Shown here: one piece after another, positions 48,201-60,539 of the stretch
How positions within the stretch are numbered: the stretch's first letter is position 1
How the letters are laid out: each line of letters opens with the position of its first letter
Assembly: GCF_000143415.4 (NCBI RefSeq)
Contig: NW_003314422.1
Location: forward strand, 62,001 to 126,000
Origin: Selaginella moellendorffii
Lineage: Eukaryota > Plantae > Lycopodiophyta
Direction: 5' to 3'
DNA length: 64,000 bases
The notes under the pieces: generated by a model
Database searches by the model: none
What the model was told of the DNA's origin: nothing
The model's input: only the letters and a program-made list of their open reading frames with translations
Made by a program: the position numbers and the translations under genes

Positions 48201-51200
48201 CGAATGTGACTTCGAGTATCGAAAGTTATCTGTCGGCTAGTCCTTACAGACTCTCTTTCCTTACTGCCACGATGGCAAGAGGTCAGTATTGCTGGACCCA
48301 TTATCAGTCTCCGCCTAAGCTAGTTGAGAAACTAGTCTTCATGTGTGCACTTGACCAGATGAGCATAAGGAAGGAATTCCTAAGTGTGTATTTAGTCAAA
48401 CATACTTGACTTGGTTAGAGAAACTCATTCGTTGACTTGCACTTGCTAGTGCTGGAAACCCCCACGATATTGAGTTTGGTCCCTCAATATTCGCTAAATG
48501 ATAGCTTACCGTGTTTGCCAAACACCCTCGCTATCATGCCCTTAGCGTTAGTCTCAATTCGGTCCTAAATGCTATTTATGGAAAGTGTCTAGATTTGCTC
48601 ATTTGGCATATAAATAGAATATAGAGATCAGCCTGAACACAATGGCGTTCATCCTGTGTCCAAATTCACAATCTGGCGCCATTCCATAATTCCATATTTA
48701 GTAAGCTTCGAACTTGTCCCAGAGACTAACTCCTGATACTAAGGGAGGCTTGGGGTGAAAGCCCAAAGCGTGTGTTCTTCAAGGGGGGGGGGGGGGGGGG
48801 GGGCGGGGGGTTGTGGGGGGTTCCAAATGTATAGTAGGGAGATAGTGGGTAGGTTGGGTATGGCCGACCAACATGAGGCATAGTTTAACTCCCGCTTGCG
48901 TGTTTATCCTTGTTCTGCGTTCGGCTTGGGTTTAAGCCCAAGTTCCATTCCATGCTAGCTGGTGGAGTACCCATATCCTCACGTTAGGCCACCGGTTTGC
49001 CGAAATAGCACTAGACTCTGTTTGGCTCCGTTTTGTGTGCTGGTCTTAGTATTGGGATGCTGGTTGCTCCAGGACTATTCCAAGTCGCTCTGGGCTCCTG
49101 TCCCTTTGCTCCTTGGGCTGTAGTTGCTCCATGGTCCGGTTCCATCACTCCTTGGCTCCATGCTTAGGAGTTTGGCACCATTCCTTCATTCAGTGGCCCA
49201 AGATGGACTCGAGATAGACCCGAGATGGAGTCCGAGATGGACCCGAGATGGAGTCCAAAATGGAGTCTGAGATTGACCCGAGATGGAGTCCAAGATGGAC
49301 CCAAAATGGAGTTTGAGATGGACCCGAGATGGAGTCTGAGATGCGACTAAGATAGAGTCCGAGTCCGAATACTAATACAGGCTGTTGAGTGAAAGCCCAA
49401 AGCGATCATCCCCCAAGGGGGGGGGGGGGGGGGCAAGGCGGCTGTGGGGGGTTCAAAGTGTGGGGGTTGGATCCCAGTGGAGCCAATTTGGCCAAGAAAG
49501 GCCAGTTTTGCCCAGGAAGGCCATACCCAACTATTGGGTGATGGGATGACCACTGGGAAGTCCAAAGCTAGAGTGAATATAGACCGACAAGCAGGGTAGC
49601 TTGGTGAAGTGTTCAAGAGCCGGCTCTAGTTCCCCCAGGAGACCGAATGGTAGATGCTCCCAGTCCAAGCGTACTACCTACTTGGATACCTGACATGGCT
49701 TAACGAAACCTCGCTCTAAGCCCATGGCTAAAGCACCCAAAGGCAAAAGGTAGGGAGAGTACCCACAAGGCTCGTGTAGGGCCACGGTGTTTCGAAATGT
49801 TGTCCTAAAGGCCTAGACTGTGCAAAGGAAGAGGAGCAGTTCTCTGGTGTAGTGACCAAAGATACAATTGTGTGGTGAGGAAGTCCTAGAGGACTGTGGG
49901 ACTTAGTGGTCGGGCTTGTGGGCCTTGATCCAGTGGCAGTGTTGGCGAACATGGCCATGGACAAAAAGGGACTTGATGGGGACTGGAAAAGAGATATTAG
50001 GGAAGGCTATTCCCCATGTCTACGGGCATTCTAAGGATGTTAAGGAGTGGATTTGGGGTGATCACTCATGGACGGATGGCCCAGTCTTTGAGAGACAGGA
50101 CTGCGATGTAGGTGGTGTGGGACCACCGGTGAGACCAAGGTGAATGGGCATGACCTTAGTGTAATATGCTGATATGTCGGTGGTATCTTGGGGTGTCGGT
50201 CATGGGATCGGACACATGGAGCACTTGGACCAAGTGCAAAGGTTGAGTGCCATGGATGTCATTCTCGGGGTTATCAATCCTCAAGTCTTGAATTGGACTT
50301 ATGGAGGTTGTGAATGAGACTCCTTCAAGTGGTTAAAGATGTGGTTAAATGACTAAAGTAGAATGGAAAAATTAGTCACTTACAATTTGGTATCAGAGCT
50401 GTTCCTTAGTCTGACTTTTATTTGTGGCCAAGTATATCACCACTTGTATTGGAATTGGAAGGTCCTGGGTATGGACCTATTTTTGAAGAGTAGCATGTCG
50501 AGAGGACATGGCTCTCCACTCAAGTTCATGCGTGAACTTATGGGCAATGTGGTGGATAGAAAAGGGGCTAGTAAGGGAATGACTTTGGGATCTTGGGAAT
50601 AATATAAAGGTTTCCTCAGAGAGTTAAGGATGTGATCTAGATAAGTGTTTGACTCAGCAAATTGGCTAATGTAGTTATGGTAAATAACTATAGTTGGGAT
50701 CACGGGAAAGATAGAGACTCCAAAATAATAAAGGAGTCACAAGATTATCCTCATATAATTGAGGTTGGTGTTCATGAATTTGAGACCAAAATTAATGATT
50801 GTAGGAGGTCAAATACGGAAGAGAACACAAGTCCTTGAAATGGCAGTCGGGGCTACCTTTAATAAATGCTGGAACAACCCAAAGAATTCGGGGTGTACTT
50901 AGAGGATGAGTTGGTATTCTCATCATATGGATAAGTAGTCCTAAGGTGCAAAAGTTGCCCTCAGAGAACAAAATCAAGTGTTGGAGTAACACTTGCAAAG
51001 ATAGTCCTTGTGAATAGGATATAAACGTAAGAAGTTGTATTCCAATGAGCTGGCACCTCAAAAGTAGTACCTTACGGGTTAGTGGATTAACCAAGTCTAA
51101 AAATGCTAGATGACTCGAGTAAAGTCAAGGAATGGTCCTAAAAGATTAATAAAAGCATTTGGACTAAGGTGTGTTGTGCCCCACGAAGGTTGGGGAGGAT

Positions 51201-52239
51201 CATAAGATTCAAGTATGAGAACAATGAGTATCTCATGGATGGTAAAATGTGCCATACTAAAGTTGTGGGGAAGGTGTTCCTAGAAGAAAACAACTTGGAC
51301 ACAAAGTTGTGTGTAAACTCTATGATGTAGTGCTAACGGATAGTTGGCATGAGAAAGAACTGTATTGGTTTTGGCAAAGACCTAGACACAAGTAAAAAGT
51401 GTTATAAAGGTAGGCTCATGGAGCCGATGGTGTGGAAACACCAAATGTGCCAAAGTGTGATGTCTTAAGGTAAGTTGGCAGGTTCATGAGAACCCCTTCC
51501 CAAAGGAATCCTAATAAAAATGGGAATGGTATAACCTAAGTTGGAAGGCATGCAATTGGAGTGTGGTGACCCAGATAATGATGGAGGTGTGGAAGCACCA
51601 ATAATGAGTTGTAAGATTTAACAATTATGAGGCAATTAAGCAAATGGTGCAAAATAGTCAGTTAAAATGGTAGAAGGTAACTACCCAAAACTTCCCAATG
51701 GCATAAAGAAGTTTGATATACCCTTATGGGGGATAAATTGCTTATGTTGCAATATAATAAGTCAATGTTGTAAATAGGAATGCTCATTGTTAAAGAGGCC
51801 ATCATTAGGACACTCAAACACTCTAGAACACCAAGAGGTGGTGTTTGGTGTCGCAAGGGCAATAGATAAGGCACAAAGGACTAAATCCTTAGCGAATGAT
51901 GGATAAAAGATGTTATCCAAAAGTCCAAAGTTGCGAAGATGGGAGAAGACCGTCTGCTTAAATTAGATAAAACCAAAAATGAAATTTTGGCAAGGCTAGT
52001 GATAGGCATATAAAGGCCTATAAGTAGCAATATTAATTCTGATGTGTGGGATTATAAGGTGAGCATACCTGAATTGAGGAACCACTCCCTAGGCTATTGA
52101 GTAAGTTCATCCCTAAGAATACTTATTAAGGCATGGTAGAAAGTGCAAAGCTATCTGTAAGGAACCAACTCGCCGAGGTGTCGTAGGCTAAAGGAACCCC
52201 GAAAGCATGACCAAAATGACAAAGAGTTCATCGGATGGG

Positions 52240-52520
52240 ACCAAGTCGAAGATCGAGTCCAAGACCGACTCTAGGACCGAGTTCGAGATAGAGTCCGGAA
52301 TCGAGTCCGAGACCGACTCGGGGACCGAGTTCGAGTCCGAGTTCGAGACCGAGTTCGAGACGGAGTCCGAGATCCGAAATCGGGTCCGAGGTCGAGTCCG
52401 AGGTCGAGTCCGAGGTCGGGTCCGAGATCGGGTCCGAGATCGAGTCCGTGATCGAGTCCGAACCCGAATCCGAAGTCGGATCCGAAATCGGGTCCAAGAT
52501 CGAGCCAGAGACTAAGTCCA
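52240..52520 (+). repeat. 12-bp-period minisatellite (GAGTCCGAGATC-like) in LTR C
   Basis: Visible directly; related to the arrays in LTR B. Confidence 0.85.
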
Positions 52521-53373
52521 AATACTAATACGGGTCAAGGGGTGAAAGCCCAAAGCGTGCGTCTCCCAGGGGGGGGGGGGGGGGGGGCCTTCCGGGGGTT
52601 CCCAAAGTCACTCGGGGGTTAGGTAGGGCCTCCGGCCCGGTTTTGAAGGGACTCTCCAGTTGGGCTTCCAAACCGACTTGAGGTTGAGACTGGGACCGAG
52701 GGGCCTTGGGTGGGAGTGAGCATGGACTTGGCTGGTGCCGGAGGGGCCATCCAAGGAAGTGCTCAAGAACAGCTCCCACTCCCAAAAGGGAAACCGATTG
52801 CGGTGCTCCCGGCTCATGTGGAGTGGTGCCCCACTTGAGTACCATGCGGCTCATTGGTCCTCGCCCTTCCTAGGGGCTTGGGCCTTCCTTCGGGATGGAA
52901 GTGGGGGGCGAGAGGTACCCATACCGGGCCGCTAGGCCACGGTGTTTCGCCCCGGCGTCCCGAAGCAAGTGTTGCACTCAAGACTTGGGATTTAGAGGGT
53001 CCCATGATCAAGTCTTGTGGTACCAAAGGATGTTAGGAACCTGGAAGCTTGGTGTGCTTGGCTGCTTGTGCTTGCGGGGAGTGTAGCCGAACCTTAAGTC
53101 CAGTCTAACCCGGGGAGGGGGATTGGGAGTGATTTGGGAATCCGTGGATGGAAGGCTAACACTCCGTTGCTCGTGCAGTGAGTAGCTGAGACCAAGTAGG
53201 AGCTGGTACCATAGGCGAGAACCTTGGCAAGGGAACTTAGCAAAAGCCAAGGCGGTGTTGGACGGATAGACGAGGTAAGCTGGCAAATTGGAAAGGAAAA
53301 ATTTGTGGTTTACAATTTCGTATCAGAGCCTTTATCTCAGTTCTAGCGAAGGATAGAGGCGGATTGCTAGGAG

Positions 53374-56300
53374 ATGGCAAGGGCAGGACGTAAGCGAACC
53401 CAAGCGGAGACGGAACCTCCGCCGGAGCTGGAGCCTCCGGTCGAACAAGAGGCTATGGATGAGGAATCCTTGCATGAGGAGGACTCTAGTGAGGAAACTT
53501 CCAAACAGGAGTCCGGTGGCGAGGTTCGGTCGTCCAAGGCTCGATTGGACGTGCTAGAAGGACAGTTGGCACAGACCAATACCCTGCTGGAAACTCTCGT
53601 ACGCAAGCTAAAGCGTGACGAGAGGCAGAAGAAAAAGAAAAAGACTGCGGATGCTAGCAGCGCAGAAGGTGCGGATCTTTCGGCCGGGACTGAGGCAAAA
53701 CCAGACAAGGTCGAACAGACTGAAGTAGAATCAGTCCCTCAGGCAGTTCCCAAGTACAAACCAAAGTCCCCACCGGTCTTCAAGGGAGTGAACGACTATA
53801 AGGTGGTGGAGGATTGGTTTTACGATATGGAGGACTACTTCCGAGCGTTGCGGTTACCGAGCTCGGAGAAGGTCCCATGTGCAAAACCATACTTGGCAGA
53901 TAATGCCAAGTCTTGGTGGAGAACGACGGAGGCCAACGAAGGACCAGTGGCCACTTGGGACATGATGAAGGCGAGGATCCGCGCAACATATGTTCCTCCG
54001 AATGCCACTCTGCATCTGAGAGATGAGCTGAGTAGGCTGAAGCAGACTGGAACCATCCAGGAATATGTGAATGGGTTCATGGCAAAGAGGATACTTGTCA
54101 TGGACATGGGGGATATGGATGTGTTCCATGCCTTCATATCAGGTTTGCAAACCTGGGCTCGCGGTGAGGTGATGCGGTGGAACCCGACCAACTACAAGGA
54201 AGCGTTGGATGCGGCCATCAAGGTGCATTTCAACGATAACCTGCGAAAGGGGAACACGACGGGGTCGGGATCCACGTTTAGCAAAGGGGCCAAACCAAGG
54301 GGAACATATAGCAGGGGGAAATTCAAGAAGAGTTTCTCTAAGAATGAGTCCTCGGGGTTCCGGAAAGGCAAATCCGGTGGCCAGCGAGCGAGTACGTGGG
54401 GGAGTCAAGCGAAAAAAGACAAACCCACGGATAAGAAGGTCAAGTCGTATAGTAGCGTGGGAAACAACGTATGCTACAACTGCGGCGAAGCGGGACACTT
54501 CTCGAGGGAATGTCCCTACCCGAAGAAGGCCAGAGCCAATATGGCCATCAAGTCGGGTGAAGTCCAAACTGAGGTATGTGATCCAGTCCCTAACTCAAAG
54601 TTACTCATTACACGAGCAACTTTGGTAGAGAGTCGTTCGCGACATCTACTAGCCCTCCAAGGGAAGTTCGAAGGTAGCTTTGTTAAGATCCTTATTGACA
54701 CGGGTGCTTCGGATAATTTTGTGGCTGCAGACATAGTCCGGCAAGCCGGACTAACGGTGCAGCGGCTAGGCGAACCAAGGACTATAGAGTTTGTTCAAGG
54801 TAGCCAAAGCACCGATGAGGTACTTCGACAAGCGAGAGTCGAAGTGGGGACATCGAAAGTGGACATGGATTTCACCGTCTTGGATATGGCGGGATTTGAC
54901 GTGATCTTCGGAATGGATTGGTTTAATCGGTTTGTGGTAGCCCTGCATGGACAAGGTAGGAACCTTGTGGTATTGGCGAATGCCCAAGGAAGAAGATCTA
55001 GGGTGGAGGCCCAAGATCTAAAGGTAGGGCAAAGCAAGGCCAAAGAATCCTGCTTAAACCTGGTGTCCACGAGAGGACAACTCACTAAAGGAACTAAGGC
55101 AGCCTTTTTGTGCTTACTCTCGGTGAAGAGTGACAAAAAGACAAGAACGGAAGAAGTGCCTTTAGTGATCCAGGGAGTGTTGGACCAATTCCAGGATACC
55201 ATGCCGGAGGAGCTATCGGCGGGGTTGCCCCCCGCACGACCGATAGAACATAAGATTGAGCTGGTCGAGGGCGCTGAGGCGGTGGTTCGTCCACCCTATC
55301 ATTTGAACGAAAAAGAACTCAAGGAGCTCAAGTGCCAACTAGAGGAGTTGGTGGACAAAGGGTATGTTAGGTTGAGCAAGTCGCTGTATGGGGCGCCGGT
55401 ATTATTTGTGAAAAAGAAAGATGGATCTATGCGCATGTGCATAGATTACCGGTTGCTCAACAAGTATACCAAGAAGAACAAGTACCCTTTGCCAAGGATT
55501 GAGGACCTGTTCGATAGGTTGGGAAAGGCAAAATACTTCTCGAGGATTGACCTAAGGTCAGGATACTACCAGATCAAGGTAGCTGAGGAAGATGTCGAGA
55601 AGACAACCTGTCGAACGAGGTATGGAAGCTTTGAGTTTCTGGTGATGCCCTTTGGGCTGTGCAATGCGCCGGCAACGTTTTCGGCGTTGATGAACCACAT
55701 CTTTGTACCCTATCTGGATCACTTCGTGGTCGTCTATATTGACGACATCCTGATCTATAGCGAGACGCTAGAGGAGCATGCCGAACACTTGGCGAAGGTG
55801 TTTGAGAAACTAAGGGAACACAAACTGTATGCTAAAGAGAGCAAATGTGACTTTGCTCAACAAGAGGTAAAGTTTCTCGGGCATGTTGTGGGCCAGGACG
55901 GGCTCAAGGTGGACCCGGAGAAGGTCCAAGCGATCCAGGAATGGGAACGACCATCGAATGTACATGAGTTGAGGGCGTTCCTGGGGCTATGCAACTACTA
56001 TCGAAAGTTTATCAGACACTATTCGAGAGTAGCCCTGCCCTTAACGGACCAAACAGGAAAAGGGAAGATGGTATGGACAGCAGAATGCGAGGCGGCATTC
56101 GTCCACCTCAAAGGGAAGTTGAGGAAGGCTCCGGTGTTGGCATTACCAGACTTTGGTAAGGACTTTGAGGTAGACACGGATGCTTCGGACTTTGCATTGG
56201 GCGCAGTTTTGAAGCAAGACAACCATCCAGTAGCGTTCTTCTCGAAGAAGCTGGACAAGGCTCAACGGAAGTGGCCTGCCCACGAGAAGGAATTGTTTGC

Positions 56301-58146
56301 GGTGGTCAAGGCGCTCAAGGAGTGGCGACACTACCTTGGGAGACACTTCAAGGTTTACACGGACAATGTGGCAACGAAACACTTCTTGTCACAGCCCGAC
56401 CTAAGGGGAAAACAAGGTCGGTGGGCCAATGCTTTGGCCGAGTTTGATTGCGAGATCCTGTACAAGCCTGGGAAGAGCAACATCGTGGCAGATGCGCTAA
56501 GTCGAAAAGCGAGCTTGAAGTTGGCGATATCTAGCGCGACAACAACCTTTTGGGACGATGTGCGGACCGCATACGAGAGTGATGGTCTAGCACAAGAAGT
56601 GTTGCTGAGGAATCTGGAGGCGCGGAAAGCTCACCAGAGAGGTGAGCTGCCAATGGAAGAGAAAACGGGCTATGCGGAACGCAACGGACTCATATATTAC
56701 AAGCAAACGAGGGTGTATGTTCCAGAAGGGGAACTAAGGAAGGTAGCCTTGGAAGAGTGTCATGACGGACCTCTCGCGGGACACGGCGGAGTGCCCAAGA
56801 CGATGGGCTTACTCAAAAGGAAGTATCACTGGCCAGATATGGCTAAGGACGTCCAAGACTATGTAAAGACATGTCCAACATGTCAGCAGGTCAAAGCCGT
56901 GACGAAGGCTAGTGGGGGCTTGTTGCAAAGCATCCCCATTCTAGATCATCCGTGGAAATGTCTCACGATGGACTTCATCACGGGACTACCCCCAAGCGAG
57001 GGGTTCGATGCGATATTCGTGGTGGTGGACCGATTTTCAAAAATGGCACATTTCATACCCACCACGACGGATGTGGATGCGGAAGGTGTGGCGAAGCTGT
57101 TCTTCGAACAAGTGGTTCGAGTGCGGGGAAGGCCGGAAGAGATTATCTCAGATCGAGATAAGATCTTCACCAGTAGGTTCTGGAGGACACTCCTAGAACA
57201 GTATCGCACCAAGTTGAAATTCAGCACAGCCTATCACCCACAGACAGGTAATGGGTATTGAGTCAAGATTGATGGCACTAACACTTCTTGACAGACGGAC
57301 AAACGGAAAGGGTGAATAGGCAGCTGGAGGATTATTTGCGATGCTATGTCTCGGGAGACCAGACCGACTGGGTAAGTCATTTGGGACTTGCGGAAATGTG
57401 TTATAACAACTCACCACATTCGAGCATCGGGGTGAGTCCATGGGAAGTCATCAATGGGCGAGCTATTGAAGGTCCTGTGGAACTCGGCGTGGCCGAGTAT
57501 CATGGAGAGTTACCCGCAGTGGAGGCATTCACGGCGGAAAGACTCAACATTTGGAATCTAGTGAGGGATTCCTTGGAACGGGCTCAACAAAGGCAAACTA
57601 AGTACGCGAACCAAAAGCGTCGGGATGTGGAGTTCCAAGCTGGGGAGAAGGTGTGGCTGAACACCAAGAACCTCAGGCTACCAAGTGGGATCAGCCGGAA
57701 GTTGACCCAAAGGTAAAAATGCATATATTCCTGTAAATGAATTGATCTTGAGTTCCTTAAGCAGGTTCGCGGGGCCTTACGAGATTGAGGCTCGAATCGG
57801 TAAAGTGGCTTACCGTCTCCGACTTCCTCGAGAGATGGGGAAGATGCATCCCGTGTTCCACGTGAACTTACTCAAGCCGTATTTGGAGGATCCGCTTCGC
57901 AAGGACCAAGTAAGACCTTTACCTGAGGTTATCCAAGGGGAGGAGGAATATGAAGTCGAGGCCATCCTCAATGCGCGCAAGAGCAAGCGACAAGGACGCG
58001 AGGTGAGAGAGTTCCATGTGAAGTGGAAAGGATTTTCACACTACGAAGCAACATGGGAACCGGAGGAGAACCTAGCGAACGCGCGAGATCTAGTGGAGGA
58101 ATTTCTGCATGGCAGAACTCTATGTACTTATGCAAAGTTCAATTAA
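53374..58146 (+). CDS. Gag-Pol polyprotein (Gag, CCHC knuckle, PR, RT, RNase H, integrase, chromodomain); exons 53374-57247, 57295-57712, 57765-58146
   Basis: [48 protein letters not shown]. Splicing restores [13 protein letters not shown] and KLTQRFAGPY. Chromodomain [22 protein letters not shown]. Confidence 0.93.
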
Positions 58147-58466
58147 AAGTATCAATTTGAGAAGTTGAGCAATGGCATATGTTGGGACCCGAAGGCGCGC
58201 CGAAGGTAAGCTAATTAGCATGGGTTAGCTAGATCGACCAGGCGTAGGGAGCTACGCCCGACTCCCTGCGGGGATGTCGAATCCGTAGACGTATTCTACG
58301 GAGGTTGGGTTCGAGTCCCAACCCCCTAGTAAAGCAAGGCTGGGTTCAAGTCCCGACCCTATACTAGGGCGTGGTGAGGTGAGGAGTATAGGGACACCTA
58401 TATTCCGTTGTCATGGGCTTTTGGCCGGGGAGGCTAACTTAGGCACACCGCTAAGTGGGGGGATGC

Positions 58467-58566
58467 NNNNNNNNNNNNNNNNNNNNNNNNNNNNNNNNNN
58501 NNNNNNNNNNNNNNNNNNNNNNNNNNNNNNNNNNNNNNNNNNNNNNNNNNNNNNNNNNNNNNNNNN
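58467..58566. other. Assembly gap (100 N) covering the start of the 3' LTR, next to a poly-G tract
   Basis: Run of N. Confidence 1.
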
Positions 58567-60539
58567 GGGGGGGGGGGGGGGGGGGGGCTGCAGGGGGTTC
58601 CAAAAGTATAGTAGGGATAGTGAGGTCCAGGAACCAGTTTTGAAGGGACTCTCCAGTTGGGCTTCCAAACCGACTTGAGGTTGAGACTGGGACCGAGGGG
58701 CCTTGGGTGGGAGTGAGCATGGACTTGGCTGGTGCCGGAGGGGCCATCCAAGGAAGTGCTCAAGAACAGCTCCCACTCCCAAAAGGGAAACCGATTGCGG
58801 TGCTCCCGGCTCATGTGGAGTGGTGCCCCACTTGAGTACCATGCGGCTCATTGGTCCTCGCCCTTCCTAAGGGCTTGGGCCTTCCTTCGGGATGGAAGTG
58901 GGGGGCGAGAGGTACCCATACCGGGCCGCTAGGCCACGGTGTTTCGCCCCGGCGTCCCGAAGCAAGTGTTGCACTCAAGACTTGGGATTTAGAGGGTCCC
59001 ATGATCAAGTCTTGTGGTACCAAAGGATGTTAGGAACCTAGAAGCTTGATGTGCTTTGCTACTTGTGCTTGCGGGGAGTGTAGCCGAACCTTAAGTCCAG
59101 TCTAACCCGGGGAGGGGGATTGGGAGTGATTTGGGAATCCGTGGATGGAAGGCTAACACTCCGTTGCTCGTGCAGTAAGTAGCTGAGACCAAGTAGGAGC
59201 TGGTACCATAGGCGAGAACCTTGGCAAGGGAACTTAGCAAAAGCCAAGGCGGTGTTGGACGGATAGACGAGGTAAGCTGGCAAATTGGAAAGGAAAAATT
59301 TGTGGCTTACACTATCTTTCTAGTCTGGAGGAGAATAACTAAAGGAAAAGTGTGAGGCCAAAACTAAGTAGTAAGGGGATAGAACCAAACCATAGAAATC
59401 GAAAAGCATAACCAAGGGTGGTTATCCCAGTTGGGAGTGGAGAATCAAGTGGGCGCTCAACCATGTTGTTACTAAGGGTGCAGACCATACTTGAGCTCAC
59501 GAGTTGAGCTCAATTTTCAATTATAATTTAGTACAAACATTATAAACTTTAAAATTTTGAGGTTATGGTGAACCTAATAATTTCATAACTCTCTATATAT
59601 TATATAGATAAAAATGTTCTAAAGGACACTTCTTGTTCTAATAATTTAAATATTTACTACATGCAATGATAGGGACGTTTGTTAGAACATAAAATAAAAT
59701 GTTTGCAAAAAGAGTATTCTTGTCACTTCTTTAAATTTGTATTCTGTGCTTTCTGGCTAGTAAATGTCAAGTTTGTCAGAATTAAAAAATTATTAAATTT
59801 GAAATAAGATTCTATATAAAGCCATATAACCATTTGAAAGGAAAAAAAAACTATTGATGTAAGCTTATTGCATATAAAAGAAAGACTTGGTTCTTTCTAA
59901 AATGCATTTTTGAAGGGTTTGTCATAGCATACTGTCTAGAATTTAGAAATCTTCATTCACACTCTTATTTGAAAAAAGGGAAATACACACAAATGTCTAT
60001 GGGTTTTAGTGTTGGTAATTTTAACTCTTGCAATCTTTCTTCCCAGGATTCAAGGGCTAGGAGATGCAATAACTATCCCATTGCACAACATAATTAAACC
60101 ATACAAGAGAATGAAAGAGAGGATTGTGAGGATAGTGATCATGAGTTGGAAATAAATGCAATGACAAAGGGTGTAGCAAACTAGGTGAAAAAGAATGCCC
60201 TCTTACTGATTGAGTGCAATTCTGCCACTTTCAAGAAATGCCCTATATGTTTTCTAGCGTTTGGTGGAAACAATGGCAATTATCAGTATGATGGTATATA
60301 TGCTCTCACGACACACTGCAAGATCACACACCTGAAAGACTACCATAAAATCTTTTTTAAAATGGTAAAGACAGAAATGGAGACACACGAGTACTATGGG
60401 CAGTATTGCAAAAAGAACACTTAGAAGCCTATAAAATAAAAAGTGAAATGAAAAAGCATATTTTTAATAATTATATAAAGTATAATAAGTTTTATTGATA
60501 GAGAATAAACATCGATAGTGTCGAAGAAATCTAGTTATC

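Larger units (their letters stand above)
30053..49202 (+). mobile_element. LTR retroelement family A, non-coding/decayed; 5' LTR 30053-30837, 3' LTR 48196-49202 (truncated)
   Basis: TGTCGCGA start in both LTRs; ...CGCTACA then PBS TGGTATCAGAG (30840-30850, tRNA-iMet); PPT AGGGGGGGAGAG at 48184-48195; no ORF in the ~5 kb internal part. Confidence 0.85.
52156..59311 (+). mobile_element. Full-length Ty3/gypsy chromovirus (Tcn1-like), element C; 5' LTR 52156-53314, 3' LTR ~58467-59311
   Basis: TSD CTATC at 52151-52155 and 59312-59316; TG..CA ends; PBS TCGTATCAGAGC 53318-53329; PPT AAGTGGGGGGA ~58453; LTRs differ at ~7 sites over the last ~670 bp. Confidence 0.95.
49203..59490 (+). mobile_element. 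LTR retroelement family B: 5'-truncated LTR 49203-50384, PBS 50388-50399, decayed internal region interrupted by element C; right end approximate
   Basis: ...CACTTACA-ATT-TGGTATCAGAGC; similar to the solo LTR at 16245-20520; internal-type sequence resumes after 59316. Confidence 0.78.

Noticed and set aside
48730-48770. Hammerhead ribozyme in the LTR core (…CTGATAC…GAAA…)
   Set aside because: No CUGANGA core or compatible three-stem junction in any copy.
52588-52640. Cluster of differences between the 5' and 3' LTRs of element C
   Set aside because: It sits directly after a poly-G tract and is most likely low-quality sequence; excluded from the age estimate.
58300-58360. A true tRNA gene
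   Set aside because: Only T-arm-like hairpins; no acceptor stem, D-arm or anticodon cloverleaf found.
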